A stretch of DNA of 62,355 bases, taken from the IMG/VR virus record IMGVR_UViG_3300030372_004273, positions 1-62,355 of that record. The stretch is one strand, 5' to 3'. Below, piece by piece: positions 1-7,905 of the stretch. Position numbers and translations under genes: made by a program. The notes under the pieces were generated by a model. That model made no database searches, had not been told where the DNA came from, and saw nothing but the letters and a program-made list of their open reading frames with translations. This stretch comes from a virus (lineage: Duplodnaviria > Caudoviricetes). The stretch's first letter is position 1, and each line of letters opens with the position of its first letter.

Positions 1-1
1 C

Positions 2-78
2 TACTAAATTGCCAAAAAAATCATCTGGTTCTGGACTTACTTGTACAGACTCTTGCTCCTGTTCTTCTTCATCAGTCG
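2..78. repeat. 77-nt terminal direct repeat, copy 1 (assembly overlap of a circular or terminally redundant genome)
   Basis: TACTAAATTGCC...CATCAGTCG at 2-78 is identical to 62279-62355; base 1 (C) differs from 62278 (T). Confidence 0.95.
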
Positions 79-190
79 TTACATCTACTTCATAAAAAGC
101 ATCTTGTTGATCCTGTAGATCCATAATTTCAGCATCTGTTTCAGGAGCTCTATATAAAGCACGGTCAATGTTAGTTGGTTTCATAGCCAT
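2..190 (-). CDS. Portal protein, N-terminal 63 codons; continues across the junction into 62278..60122
   Basis: ATG at 190-188 overlaps the terL TGA; MAMKPTNIDRALYRAPETDAEIMD... stays in frame with the portal ORF after circularisation (781 aa in total). Confidence 0.88.
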   Translation of the reverse strand, partial: MAMKPTNIDRALYRAPETDAEIMDLQDQQDAFYEVDVTTDEEEQEQESVQVSPEPDDFFGNLV

Positions 191-1659
191 CAGTAATAAA
201 TCCTCTCTCTTGGTACTGGATCATCATCTTCATAATCACTTGGGTGAGTTATAAAACCACCCTCTCTAAATCTTCGTAGAGCCTGTGTCACCGTATCAAC
301 ATAATCATCATTTTCTCCTGCAGGAAATTGAGCACACTCTTCAATCACCTCTTCAGACCAACGAGACTCTGGAGCCCATACTAACCCACTTTCTAGCAAA
401 GGTGCAACAGAATTTACTCGCATGTGTTTATCGTTACCTCTACTTGGGCTGTAGTTTGTTACTGGAACTCCCGTAGCTCTTAGCTCTTGGGTCAATGGCA
501 TACCTGAAGCTTTTGCTTCTATTAATACCATTTCTGGTTCCCAGTATTTATATTCTTCATAAGATATTCTTTTTAGTTCAGGAAAGTCCCATCGTCCACG
601 CTTGGCATCAACAAGAATAATGTTTGGTGCTTCACCTTCCTCTGGATAAAAAACTCCCCAAGTTGTTATCGCACTATAATCAGCAGATTCCTTTTTGCTA
701 TATGCAGTATCATAACTCTGCATTATATATTGTAAAGGGGGTAAATCTTCCTTTTCCCATTTTTTCCACCACTCACGTTTCAAAATCGCGGCTGACTCAC
801 TAGTGGGGTTTTGTTGCCATTGGGCTTCCCATTTACCTATAGACAAACTACCCTTTACAGCTAATAAGTCTTTCTTGTTCCAAAACTCACCCCACAAAGG
901 TTCATTAGTTTCAGGCATCAAAGCAGGGAACTCAACTACTTCCCATTGGTCTGCCAATATATCTCTGCCTTGTTGCTTTAATAATTTACCAGTCAAATCA
1001 TTTTCAGCCCAACGTGTCATCACGATTACTATTGAACCTCCTGGCTGTAAACGCTGTCTAGGTCCAGAAGTGTACCACTCATACGCATTTTCCATAGCAG
1101 TTGGCGATAAAGCATCTTGTTCGGAATGTGGGTCATCAATAATTAACAAGTCAGCACCTCGCCCTGTAACAGCACCCCCGACTCCTGCGGCGAAATATTC
1201 ACCTCCTGCACTCGTCTCCCAACGTCCTGCCGCTTGAGAATCTGCTCGTAACTGGACGTTTTGAAAAACCCTTGTATACTCAGAACTATTCATCAAGTTC
1301 CTTGTTTTACGACCAAATCTAAAAGCTAACTCGGCTGTGTGTGTTGTCTGCATAATTTTTAAAGTTGGCTTACGTCCCATCAACCAAGCAGGAAGTAAGT
1401 AACTCGCAAATTCAGATTTCGTATGTCTTGGTGGCATGTTCACGATTAAACGTTTCAACTCACCACGAGCTAGGCGATTGAATTTTTCCGACATAATAGC
1501 ATGGTGTCTGCCATGTATAAAATCAGACCAAACGCTTTGTACAAAAGTAAGGAAGTCTTCTTGGCAAGCTTCAGCTTCTTGCATGGACTTTGCCCTGTCT
1601 AACAAAAGAGCAAAATTCCTCAGTTTGTCTTCAGGCAATAGAGATAAATCCATAGTCAT
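190..1659 (-). CDS. terL: Terminase large subunit
   Basis: MPPRHTKS Walker A variant, LLIIDDP Walker B, VIVMTRW coupling motif, RNase H-like nuclease (SYDTA...NDDYVDT). Confidence 0.95.
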   Translation of the reverse strand: MTMDLSLLPEDKLRNFALLLDRAKSMQEAEACQEDFLTFVQSVWSDFIHGRHHAIMSEKFNRLARGELKRLIVNMPPRHTKSEFASYLLPAWLMGRKPTLKIMQTTHTAELAFRFGRKTRNLMNSSEYTRVFQNVQLRADSQAAGRWETSAGGEYFAAGVGGAVTGRGADLLIIDDPHSEQDALSPTAMENAYEWYTSGPRQRLQPGGSIVIVMTRWAENDLTGKLLKQQGRDILADQWEVVEFPALMPETNEPLWGEFWNKKDLLAVKGSLSIGKWEAQWQQNPTSESAAILKREWWKKWEKEDLPPLQYIMQSYDTAYSKKESADYSAITTWGVFYPEEGEAPNIILVDAKRGRWDFPELKRISYEEYKYWEPEMVLIEAKASGMPLTQELRATGVPVTNYSPSRGNDKHMRVNSVAPLLESGLVWAPESRWSEEVIEECAQFPAGENDDYVDTVTQALRRFREGGFITHPSDYEDDDPVPRERIYY

Positions 1660-1821
1660 AATTTTCTTATATATCGAAAATTTTCAAACGACAATGAACC
1701 TAATGAATTATTTTGAAAAAAGGGGTATACGATTTTAATAATTTTTTGATATACCACGAATCGCGGAAAACTTGCCACGCCCAAGGACATGGCTATGAAC
1801 GTCGTCAAAAATGGTGGGTAT

Positions 1822-1854
1822 AAAAAAAGGGCGTTAGGTGTTACCCTAACGCCC
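1822..1854 (-). terminator. Rho-independent terminator of the Asp/Glu-free gene
   Basis: Perfect 10-bp stem GGGCGTTAGG/CCTAACGCCC with a 6-nt loop, followed by T7 on the minus strand, just after the stop at 1868. Confidence 0.85.
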
Positions 1855-1867
1855 CCCAAGTACCTTT

Positions 1868-2338
1868 TTATTTGGTTGTTGGTTTAACTTGCAAAGTTAT
1901 AAAACCAACGCCCCAAGTGCTACTACTAGGGCTGTAACCACCATTTAACAGTGCTAATAAACAAATTGGGTTTTTTGCACTATGCCCCAATTTACTTGCA
2001 AAGCTTAAAGCACTACCAACATTTTTAAAAGGTTGGTTGCTGTTGGTTGGGTTAGTGCCAAACAATAAAGCATTTTGTATAGTTGCCCTAACACCGTTGC
2101 CCTTGCCACCATAACCAAATGGCGTTGCAGGTTTATTTGGTGTTGGGTTGGTAACAACGTTTTTATTTGGTACTACTACAACGTTGTTAATATTACCATT
2201 GGCATGGGTGTTTATAAACGCCCATAACATTGTATTAGTTACGCCAGTTTTACCAGTACCATTATTAGTTAATACTGGTGTTTTAGTTTGGTTTGCACCT
2301 TTATTGCTAGTGCTAGCATTTTTATTATTTTGTACCAT
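1868..2338 (-). CDS. Hypothetical protein of 156 aa with no Asp or Glu; paralog of 2790..3221
   Basis: ATG at 2338 with AAAGGGG RBS-like element and its own terminator; shares PFGYGG..GVR.TIQ, KLGHS.K.P.CL.AL..GGYSPSS.TW with the neighbouring ORF. Confidence 0.88.
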   Translation of the reverse strand: MVQNNKNASTSNKGANQTKTPVLTNNGTGKTGVTNTMLWAFINTHANGNINNVVVVPNKNVVTNPTPNKPATPFGYGGKGNGVRATIQNALLFGTNPTNSNQPFKNVGSALSFASKLGHSAKNPICLLALLNGGYSPSSSTWGVGFITLQVKPTTK

Positions 2339-2750
2339 TGTACGACCCCTTTGGGTTACCACCTAAACATAATTGTTTGGGCTTGCTTATATTATTACTA
2401 TACTTTTAATATACTTGTAAATAAAAAAATTAACTCCTTGACAACTTTTTTAAGGGACATTTGTATTGAGCGTATAGGTGTAAGGGACTCTCTTATGACT
2501 GGGACAATCCTTTACCGTAATGTGGTAAGTATTAAGATTGTCAGTATAAGTATTAGTATTAAAAACATATAAGCACTATAACCCAACAATTATAATTGAG
2601 TAGTCCTTGATTTTTATATTATTATGCGGATCAAGGATTTTCCTTGATGATAAATAGTGATACTCTAAGAGTGTCAACGCTAACGTTCACACTATGACAA
2701 GTCTTGTTCTCGGGAATGGGACAGTCCCTGATTCTCTTGAATGGGATGGG

Positions 2751-2781
2751 AAAAAAGGACGCCAGACATAGCCTGACGTCC
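2751..2781 (-). terminator. Rho-independent terminator of the paralog 2790..3221
   Basis: GGACGCCAG/CTGACGTCC imperfect stem followed by a T run on the minus strand. Confidence 0.7.
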
Positions 2782-2789
2782 CGATAGTA

Positions 2790-3221
2790 CTAGCCTTTGA
2801 CAACTAGTTTGATGTATGGAGTCATCCAAGTTTTACTGCTTGGTGAGTATCCACCATGCATCAAAGCATGCAAGCAATTAGGACGTTTCTTAGAGTGACC
2901 AAGCTTGGCAGACTTATCAAGTATAAGCCTTAACGACATAGAGCCGTCAATCCCTCTAAGCATCCAATCTTGGATGGTTTGCCTGACACCTCCGGACTGT
3001 CCGCCATAACCAAAGGGGACAGGCTTTGGATCGTCAAGTTTTACATTGTCAAGAGGTTGGATGTAGACGTTCGCGTCGTTGCCTCCTGCATGCTCGTTGA
3101 CAAATTGCCACACGTCGTCATAAGACAACTCTTTATCGGTGACTAGGAGCTCAGCCTTTACAACTTGAGCTTTGGACTTTGGTGCAGTCTTGACAACTGC
3201 CTTAGTTGACTTTTTAGCCAT
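2790..3221 (-). CDS. Hypothetical protein of 143 aa; paralog of 1868..2338
   Basis: Likely start MAKKSTK at 3221 after AGAAAGGAG RBS; same conserved C-terminal blocks as the Asp/Glu-free protein. Confidence 0.88.
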   Translation of the reverse strand: MAKKSTKAVVKTAPKSKAQVVKAELLVTDKELSYDDVWQFVNEHAGGNDANVYIQPLDNVKLDDPKPVPFGYGGQSGGVRQTIQDWMLRGIDGSMSLRLILDKSAKLGHSKKRPNCLHALMHGGYSPSSKTWMTPYIKLVVKG

Positions 3222-3366
3222 ATCAATTCTCCTTTCTACGAGAATAGTGTAAATGCTTAATTGCAAGTACAAGTATAGAATAGCAAATAAAAAGTCCGGG
3301 AACAACAATAAAATGCTCCCCGATGATCTTTTTTTATCCCTGACATAGACAGTCAAGAAAAGAGAA

Positions 3367-3487
3367 TCACGGAATCAAGGATTTTCATTTCCTCTCTTCT
3401 CTCAAGGGAATCAAGGATTTTCAAGGATCAAGGAAGATCAATGAATCAAAGATCAAAGAAGATCCTTGACGAACCGATGATCAAGGA
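3367..3487. repeat. Non-coding cluster of TCAAGGA / TC-NNN-GA motifs
   Basis: TCAAGGA at 3375, 3411, 3421, 3428, 3481; reverse TCCTTGA at 3463; variants TCACGGA 3367, TCAATGA 3438, TCAAAGA 3446 and 3453. Confidence 0.85.
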
Positions 3488-3496
3488 TTCTCTCTT

Positions 3497-3943
3497 TTAG
3501 GATGGGAGAATCTTTCTCTTTCCTGAATGGGATTGATGTGATAAGATATGATGCAAGAGTCCAGTCCAATCGTAGGGAGCAGGACATGTCCAGTCAGGGA
3601 GTGGTGGCTCATCTCCCGTCAATCCTTTTCCTAATAGAAGGCTCTTGTCACCCCTAAATAAATACAAGGTGCGAGCGGAAGGGAGCTTCGCCAAGTTCCA
3701 GACTTGTCCACCATTGAGAAAATACTGGGTCTGCCACGATATTTGATGTGGACGTAGATTTAAAGACTTTAGGGACTTTAAGTTACTCACCTTTAACTCA
3801 AGCCAAAAACTTTTGCCATTTTTTATGCCATGCACATCAGGGATTCCTGGCATAGCCCATGACTCAATTCTAGTCCAAAAGACACCTAACTCCTTTGTGC
3901 CTTCTCTTAAATCTTTCCATAATTTTGTTTCGGGATTACCCAT
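3497..3943 (-). CDS. PD-(D/E)xK nuclease, VRR-NUC / Holliday junction resolvase-like
   Basis: E...RIE...PGIPDV...FWLELK...LRPHQISW motif set. Confidence 0.8.
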   Translation of the reverse strand: MGNPETKLWKDLREGTKELGVFWTRIESWAMPGIPDVHGIKNGKSFWLELKVSNLKSLKSLNLRPHQISWQTQYFLNGGQVWNLAKLPSARTLYLFRGDKSLLLGKGLTGDEPPLPDWTCPAPYDWTGLLHHILSHQSHSGKRKILPS

Positions 3944-3999
3944 AAAGAAAAGATAACAAGGTGCAACAGGATTTGCTACACCTTATTTATCTTGTTTAA

Positions 4000-4248
4000 T
4001 CAGCAGGAAGTGACCTCATATAAAGGTGCATCTTCTTCAAAATACTTGCCATGACCATACATTTCTTTTGCTATCTTTCTAACAGTTTTTGTCCATGAAC
4101 TTTCAACACCATCAGCATAAATTTCCTCGCCATCTTCTCCATATACGACTAGTACATTGCTGTCTTCTTGAAGGTCACCATAACAATAAACATCGTGTTT
4201 CTCACCTTTGTCATCTGTATAAGTGACTTTACATTTATAATCGCCCAT
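4000..4248 (-). CDS. Hypothetical protein
   Basis: Acidic 82-aa ORF with AAGGAG RBS and AT-rich upstream region. Confidence 0.7.
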   Translation of the reverse strand: MGDYKCKVTYTDDKGEKHDVYCYGDLQEDSNVLVVYGEDGEEIYADGVESSWTKTVRKIAKEMYGHGKYFEEDAPLYEVTSC

Positions 4249-4323
4249 AATTAGCTCCTTAAAAATAGTTATTAATTAATTTATACTAATAATATAATAA
4301 AAGATTTTATGGTGGACTACTCT

Positions 4324-4893
4324 TTAATTATCTTTTGTTATCTGGTTTTTATGTTCTATAATTAAGTTATCTTGAGTTACTGCTTTGAGTGCAGGAAACT
4401 CATTTTGGAGTCGTTGAATTTCTTTCATAACTTCCTCCTTACTCATTTGATCTATCTTTCCATGCAGTATCTCTTTACGATCAATATAAAGTCCTGCCGC
4501 TTGACCTCTGCTTTTTTCAGCCGCGACTGCTGATGCGAAGTTCCCTGCTGTGATTGCCTGATCGCGAATTTCCGCGAGTTTTTTTACATGACCTTCAAAA
4601 GTCACTTCATATTTCTGTGCTAACTCTTGTTTGATTTCACGTATTCGCTCTACAACATGAGGGTAACGTCTGCCATCTAACAACTGCGAAGCAATAGCAT
4701 GAGCAGATGCGACTGAATATCCTGCACGAATCGCGGCTTCGGTCTGGGTTATGTCTTCACAAACATACAATCTAGCAAATTCTTCTTGCTTTGGAGTAAT
4801 TTGTTTTTCTTTACGAGGATTTGCAACTACATCAAGTTTTTCTTTGTGTGTTTTCTTTGCGAGTACCATAGATACTTTATATAATAGTACCAA
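4324..4893 (-). CDS. terS: Terminase small subunit (start may be 4869)
   Basis: ITPKQEEFARLY...TQTEAAIRAGYS...ASQLL HTH signature of TerS. Confidence 0.88.
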   Translation of the reverse strand: MVLLYKVSMVLAKKTHKEKLDVVANPRKEKQITPKQEEFARLYVCEDITQTEAAIRAGYSVASAHAIASQLLDGRRYPHVVERIREIKQELAQKYEVTFEGHVKKLAEIRDQAITAGNFASAVAAEKSRGQAAGLYIDRKEILHGKIDQMSKEEVMKEIQRLQNEFPALKAVTQDNLIIEHKNQITKDN

Positions 4894-4930
4894 ATGATAT
4901 TAAAGTAAAAAATTAAAGGGCGTCCTGTTT

Positions 4931-4952
4931 TTTCCCAGAAAGCCCCGAAAGT
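4931..4952. repeat. 22-nt dispersed intergenic repeat, copy 1
   Basis: TTTCCCAGAAAGCCCCGAAAGT is identical to 25948-25969. Confidence 0.85.
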
Positions 4953-5074
4953 AGAATAAAATATACAATCTTGCCACTAACTCATTGTTATTGTTAGATA
5001 GCAAGATATTGTATATTATGGATTGTGTAAAAACGATTTTACACTTTTATGAATTTACCTTCTATATAGTAAAG

Positions 5075-5284
5075 TTATCTGTCTTGTAATGCTTTTGTGA
5101 CAGCTTCTTCTACCATCTTTGGCGTTTCATCAAATACTGCTTTGCATTTTATCAAATACGAAACAGTATTATTTAAGCTCAAAGTGGTGAATCCAAGTTC
5201 CTTGCACAATTTGTCACGACATATTTTTAATTCATTCAATACGTCAGTTTCAAGTGCTACGACTCGTTTTTCAATATCAGCCAT
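5075..5284 (-). CDS. Small putative ribbon-helix-helix-like DNA-binding protein
   Basis: Start MADIEK after GGAGG RBS; beta-alpha-alpha pattern ending NTVSYLIK, similar to 6967..7179. Confidence 0.55.
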   Translation of the reverse strand: MADIEKRVVALETDVLNELKICRDKLCKELGFTTLSLNNTVSYLIKCKAVFDETPKMVEEAVTKALQDR

Positions 5285-5501
5285 TTTTACCTCCTTCCTG
5301 AAAATTTTGGTCCCACATTCTTGCATAGTAGTCAACTAATCGTAGTTGTTCTCCAGTAATTTTATTTGTCACTTTTTGTTTTTCCCCACACGGAGGGCAA
5401 AACTCCAACCAGTCATTATCATTGAGTATAAGTATGTCGGTATCGGTTTTTTCCTCACAAAAGCTACATCTATTTCCCATTTTGTTTCTCCCATTTATCA
5501 A
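5277..5501 (-). CDS. Small Zn-ribbon-like protein (start possibly 5480)
   Basis: CSFC...CPPC pairs; coupled to neighbouring genes. Confidence 0.6.
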   Translation of the reverse strand: MINGRNKMGNRCSFCEEKTDTDILILNDNDWLEFCPPCGEKQKVTNKITGEQLRLVDYYARMWDQNFQEGGKNG

Positions 5502-5676
5502 TTTGGATTAACAGATTTTTTGCACATTCATATCTGCCTTTACATATATCTCCCGTGCCGTCGGACAATACTTCTACTCCGTCAACCACGCCTTGCCAAG
5601 TTTCAATTTCCTCCTGCAACCAAGTTTTCGTTAGTTCTAGTACAGGGACTTCAGCACATTTAGCAAACTTACTCAT
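5470..5676 (-). CDS. Hypothetical protein
   Basis: ATGA overlap with the upstream ORF. Confidence 0.65.
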   Translation of the reverse strand: MSKFAKCAEVPVLELTKTWLQEEIETWQGVVDGVEVLSDGTGDICKGRYECAKNLLIQIDKWEKQNGK

Positions 5677-6008
5677 GCTGACACCACTTTTTGAGTAACG
5701 TAATCAATTCTAGCTAAGTGATCTAAACGAGCACCACAAGCAAGTCTTTGGTTGACCCATTCCTCATGCTCTTGAATAATATCTTCAAAAGTTGTTTTAC
5801 GCTCAACTTCTGTATAACTATCACGCCAAGCTCTCATGTGGACATCAGGTTCACACTGATGCCATCCATTACTAGACATACATTCTGTATAATATACAGT
5901 AGTGAGAAGTACCTTAGGAGATTGCTGTAAGTCCTCAGGTTTAGGGACAGCTAATATATAACCACGATTAGCTTTATATTCTGTCACACTAGGTAAATAA
6001 TTTTCCAT
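5673..6008 (-). CDS. Hypothetical protein
   Basis: AAGGA RBS; first gene left of a divergent AT-rich intergenic region. Confidence 0.7.
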   Translation of the reverse strand: MENYLPSVTEYKANRGYILAVPKPEDLQQSPKVLLTTVYYTECMSSNGWHQCEPDVHMRAWRDSYTEVERKTTFEDIIQEHEEWVNQRLACGARLDHLARIDYVTQKVVSA

Positions 6009-6213
6009 TTTAATATCCTTTCATTATTATTAAAAATTAAATATATATTATAAGTATACACATTATTTATCTTTAATATACCAGTATTTTATCTTTTGTT
6101 TTCAAGGAGTTGACCAGTCTAATCAAGGAAAATAAAGGACTAAAAAAGAAGTGTCTTAGTATATAATACATATATATTTAATATAACGTTAACAATTAAC
6201 AAGGAGACATCAA

Positions 6214-6573
6214 ATGTCGTACAATCCAGTAATTAATAATAATCGTTACTCACTTTTTATGGACGTCGTTAGCCGTATACATGACGTCGCAAAATATTAT
6301 GAGGGTCAAGGTAACGAGTTATCCCAATTAAACTTTGGTGGTAAGGAAGTCCACCCAAACGTAGCAGTTTGGCATATTGACGACCTCCAACAAATGACCA
6401 TCGTACACTCACCAGTTCAACCAATGCCGTTGGCAAGTAGTGTTGAGGTCTTTTTAACCAACTGGAATAATGATGATGTCAAGCCAGACACAATCAAAAC
6501 TTGGTACATTTACGAACCTCAGCATGTGGAAGATTTTCATAGTTGGGTCGTTGAGGAATATCTAAAAACTTAA
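6214..6573 (+). CDS. Hypothetical early protein
   Basis: AAGGAG RBS, TATAAT upstream and its own terminator. Confidence 0.8.
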   Translation: MSYNPVINNNRYSLFMDVVSRIHDVAKYYEGQGNELSQLNFGGKEVHPNVAVWHIDDLQQMTIVHSPVQPMPLASSVEVFLTNWNNDDVKPDTIKTWYIYEPQHVEDFHSWVVEEYLKT

Positions 6574-6579
6574 ATCAAG

Positions 6580-6611
6580 TAAGGCATGGTTTTGACTGTG
6601 CCTTATTTTTT
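6580..6611 (+). terminator. Rho-independent terminator
   Basis: TAAGGCATGG/CTGTGCCTTA stem (G-U pairs) followed by a T run. Confidence 0.75.
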
Positions 6612-6642
6612 AACTTAGCTTGGTCAAGGAAAACAAAGGATT

Positions 6643-6666
6643 ACAAAAGACTTTATACTTGATTAT
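6643..6666 (+). promoter_or_regulatory. Conserved 24-nt upstream element, copy 1
   Basis: ACAAAAGACTTTATACTTGATTAT recurs exactly on the minus strand at 10951-10974; both lie about 50-55 nt upstream of a start codon in the sense orientation. Confidence 0.75.
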
Positions 6667-6715
6667 GTAGCTTGTATATTATTAGTATATTTCAACAATT
6701 AGTAAAGGTGATGTC

Positions 6716-6970
6716 ATGTCTCATAAATTTTATACTTTTGTGTCTTTATGTAAGCTCACTAAAAGTTTAGTAGCTGTCTATGCTTCAAATGATTTAAGTG
6801 ATGCTGAACTCAAAAAAATGAGGGGTATGTTAAAAAGTGAACGCAGTTATAATCACAAATACCCTAACTTGATTTATAAATGGATTGGTACAGTAAGTCA
6901 AGATCAAGTGCGTAAAACTCCTTATAATTTACTGTTAAATGGGAACGTCATTTACGGCTCACAATCATGA
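6716..6970 (+). CDS. Hypothetical protein
   Basis: AAAGGTG RBS; ATGA overlap with the next gene. Confidence 0.7.
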   Translation: MSHKFYTFVSLCKLTKSLVAVYASNDLSDAELKKMRGMLKSERSYNHKYPNLIYKWIGTVSQDQVRKTPYNLLLNGNVIYGSQS

Positions 6971-7179
6971 GTGAGGTTAAACAAAAAGCTACTCGCAGGA
7001 GTATGTATAATAAAATTACGCATAAAGATATTCCTACTACACAAATTGGTATTAAGGATCCAAAAACAATAGAAGATTTAACATATATCAAAGGTTGTAT
7101 AGAGGAAGAAACGGGATTAGTGGTTAGTTATCAAAATACAGTTAACTATCTTATCAAGTATTACTTAGCCGAGACATAA
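6967..7179 (+). CDS. Small putative ribbon-helix-helix-like protein
   Basis: TTQIGI followed by two helices ending NTVNYLIK; resembles 5075..5284. Confidence 0.55.
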   Translation: MSEVKQKATRRSMYNKITHKDIPTTQIGIKDPKTIEDLTYIKGCIEEETGLVVSYQNTVNYLIKYYLAET

Positions 7180-7188
7180 AATTTTAAG

Positions 7189-7217
7189 TTGGAGGGCTAT
7201 ACGTCCTCCAATTTTTT
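7189..7217 (+). terminator. Rho-independent terminator
   Basis: TTGGAGG/CCTCCAA stem followed by a T run after the stop at 7179. Confidence 0.75.
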
Positions 7218-7389
7218 ATACCTAGCCTGGTCAAGGAATATCCAAGTTCCTTGGTTTTTGGCAATTTTTGGCTTGTTTGATTAAAATTAAGACTGTTTTA
7301 AAGCCCTTCAGACAGTCACAAATGTGTTTTAGGTAGTAAACTAACCCAAAATATTTTGACTATTTTAGCTAAATTGATTGTTTTTGGTC

Positions 7390-7417
7390 AAAAAAAGCCC
7401 CCAGTCTAAGACTGGGG
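7390..7417 (-). terminator. Rho-independent terminator
   Basis: CCCCAGTC/GACTGGGG stem with a T run on the minus strand, downstream of 7483..7812. Confidence 0.75.
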
Positions 7418-7482
7418 AGAGGAAAAAATAAAATCACTTTTAAATATATCTTGGGAGAAATATTGTGTTAATTTACTCTAAC

Positions 7483-7812
7483 TCATTTTCTGCCGAGGAG
7501 CCAATCAAAAAATGAGATTCCTGGAATGTTTTTTCTTTTCTTAGCGAGTACAGGACGGAGTGTGACGGTTGCTTCTTTGATGTTACGTTTAACTCTAGAT
7601 GGCTCTACATGTTTAATTGCTTTTTTAATTTCCCTTTGCAAATCTTTTCCTCTGTTAGAATGGGATCTATTTGGGTTAAGATTATAGAGTATGTAGTAAA
7701 GCTGTCCTGCTTTAAGACCTTCCTCTTTAGCTAACTGCTTCAAAGTAATGTTTTCATTAGCGTTTCTTTTGTGAACTCTTGCAACTAATTTTGAATCGTA
7801 TTTAGATTTCAT
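7483..7812 (-). CDS. Basic helix-turn-helix protein
   Basis: ITLKQLAKEEGLKAGQLYYILY HTH-like pattern; AGGAG RBS. Confidence 0.6.
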   Translation of the reverse strand: MKSKYDSKLVARVHKRNANENITLKQLAKEEGLKAGQLYYILYNLNPNRSHSNRGKDLQREIKKAIKHVEPSRVKRNIKEATVTLRPVLAKKRKNIPGISFFDWLLGRK

Positions 7813-7905
7813 AAGTTTCTCCTATTTATTTTGGTGGAGAAAGATAGGCTAAAACATATCCAGCGAGGAAACATTTGAGAGTTTTGCCTATCCCTCTCCA
7901 TAACT

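Noticed and set aside
1656-1859. 67-aa ORF upstream of terL
   Set aside because: It starts inside the terminator hairpin, has no RBS and has atypical composition.
1806-2435. UV-dimer avoidance or protein charge selection as the cause of the TC/GA-free island
   Set aside because: TT, CT and CC steps are abundant there, so dipyrimidines in general are not avoided. The purge includes synonymous sites, the opposite strand and non-coding flanks, which selection against Asp/Glu cannot explain.
2148-2572. Plus-strand ORFs 2148..2366 and 2288..2572
   Set aside because: They are antisense or intergenic shadows; the minus-strand gene has paralog support, an RBS and a terminator.
3367-3487. CRISPR array or regular tandem repeat
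   Set aside because: The unit is only 7 nt with irregular spacing and mixed orientation; there are no spacer-sized intervals and no cas genes.
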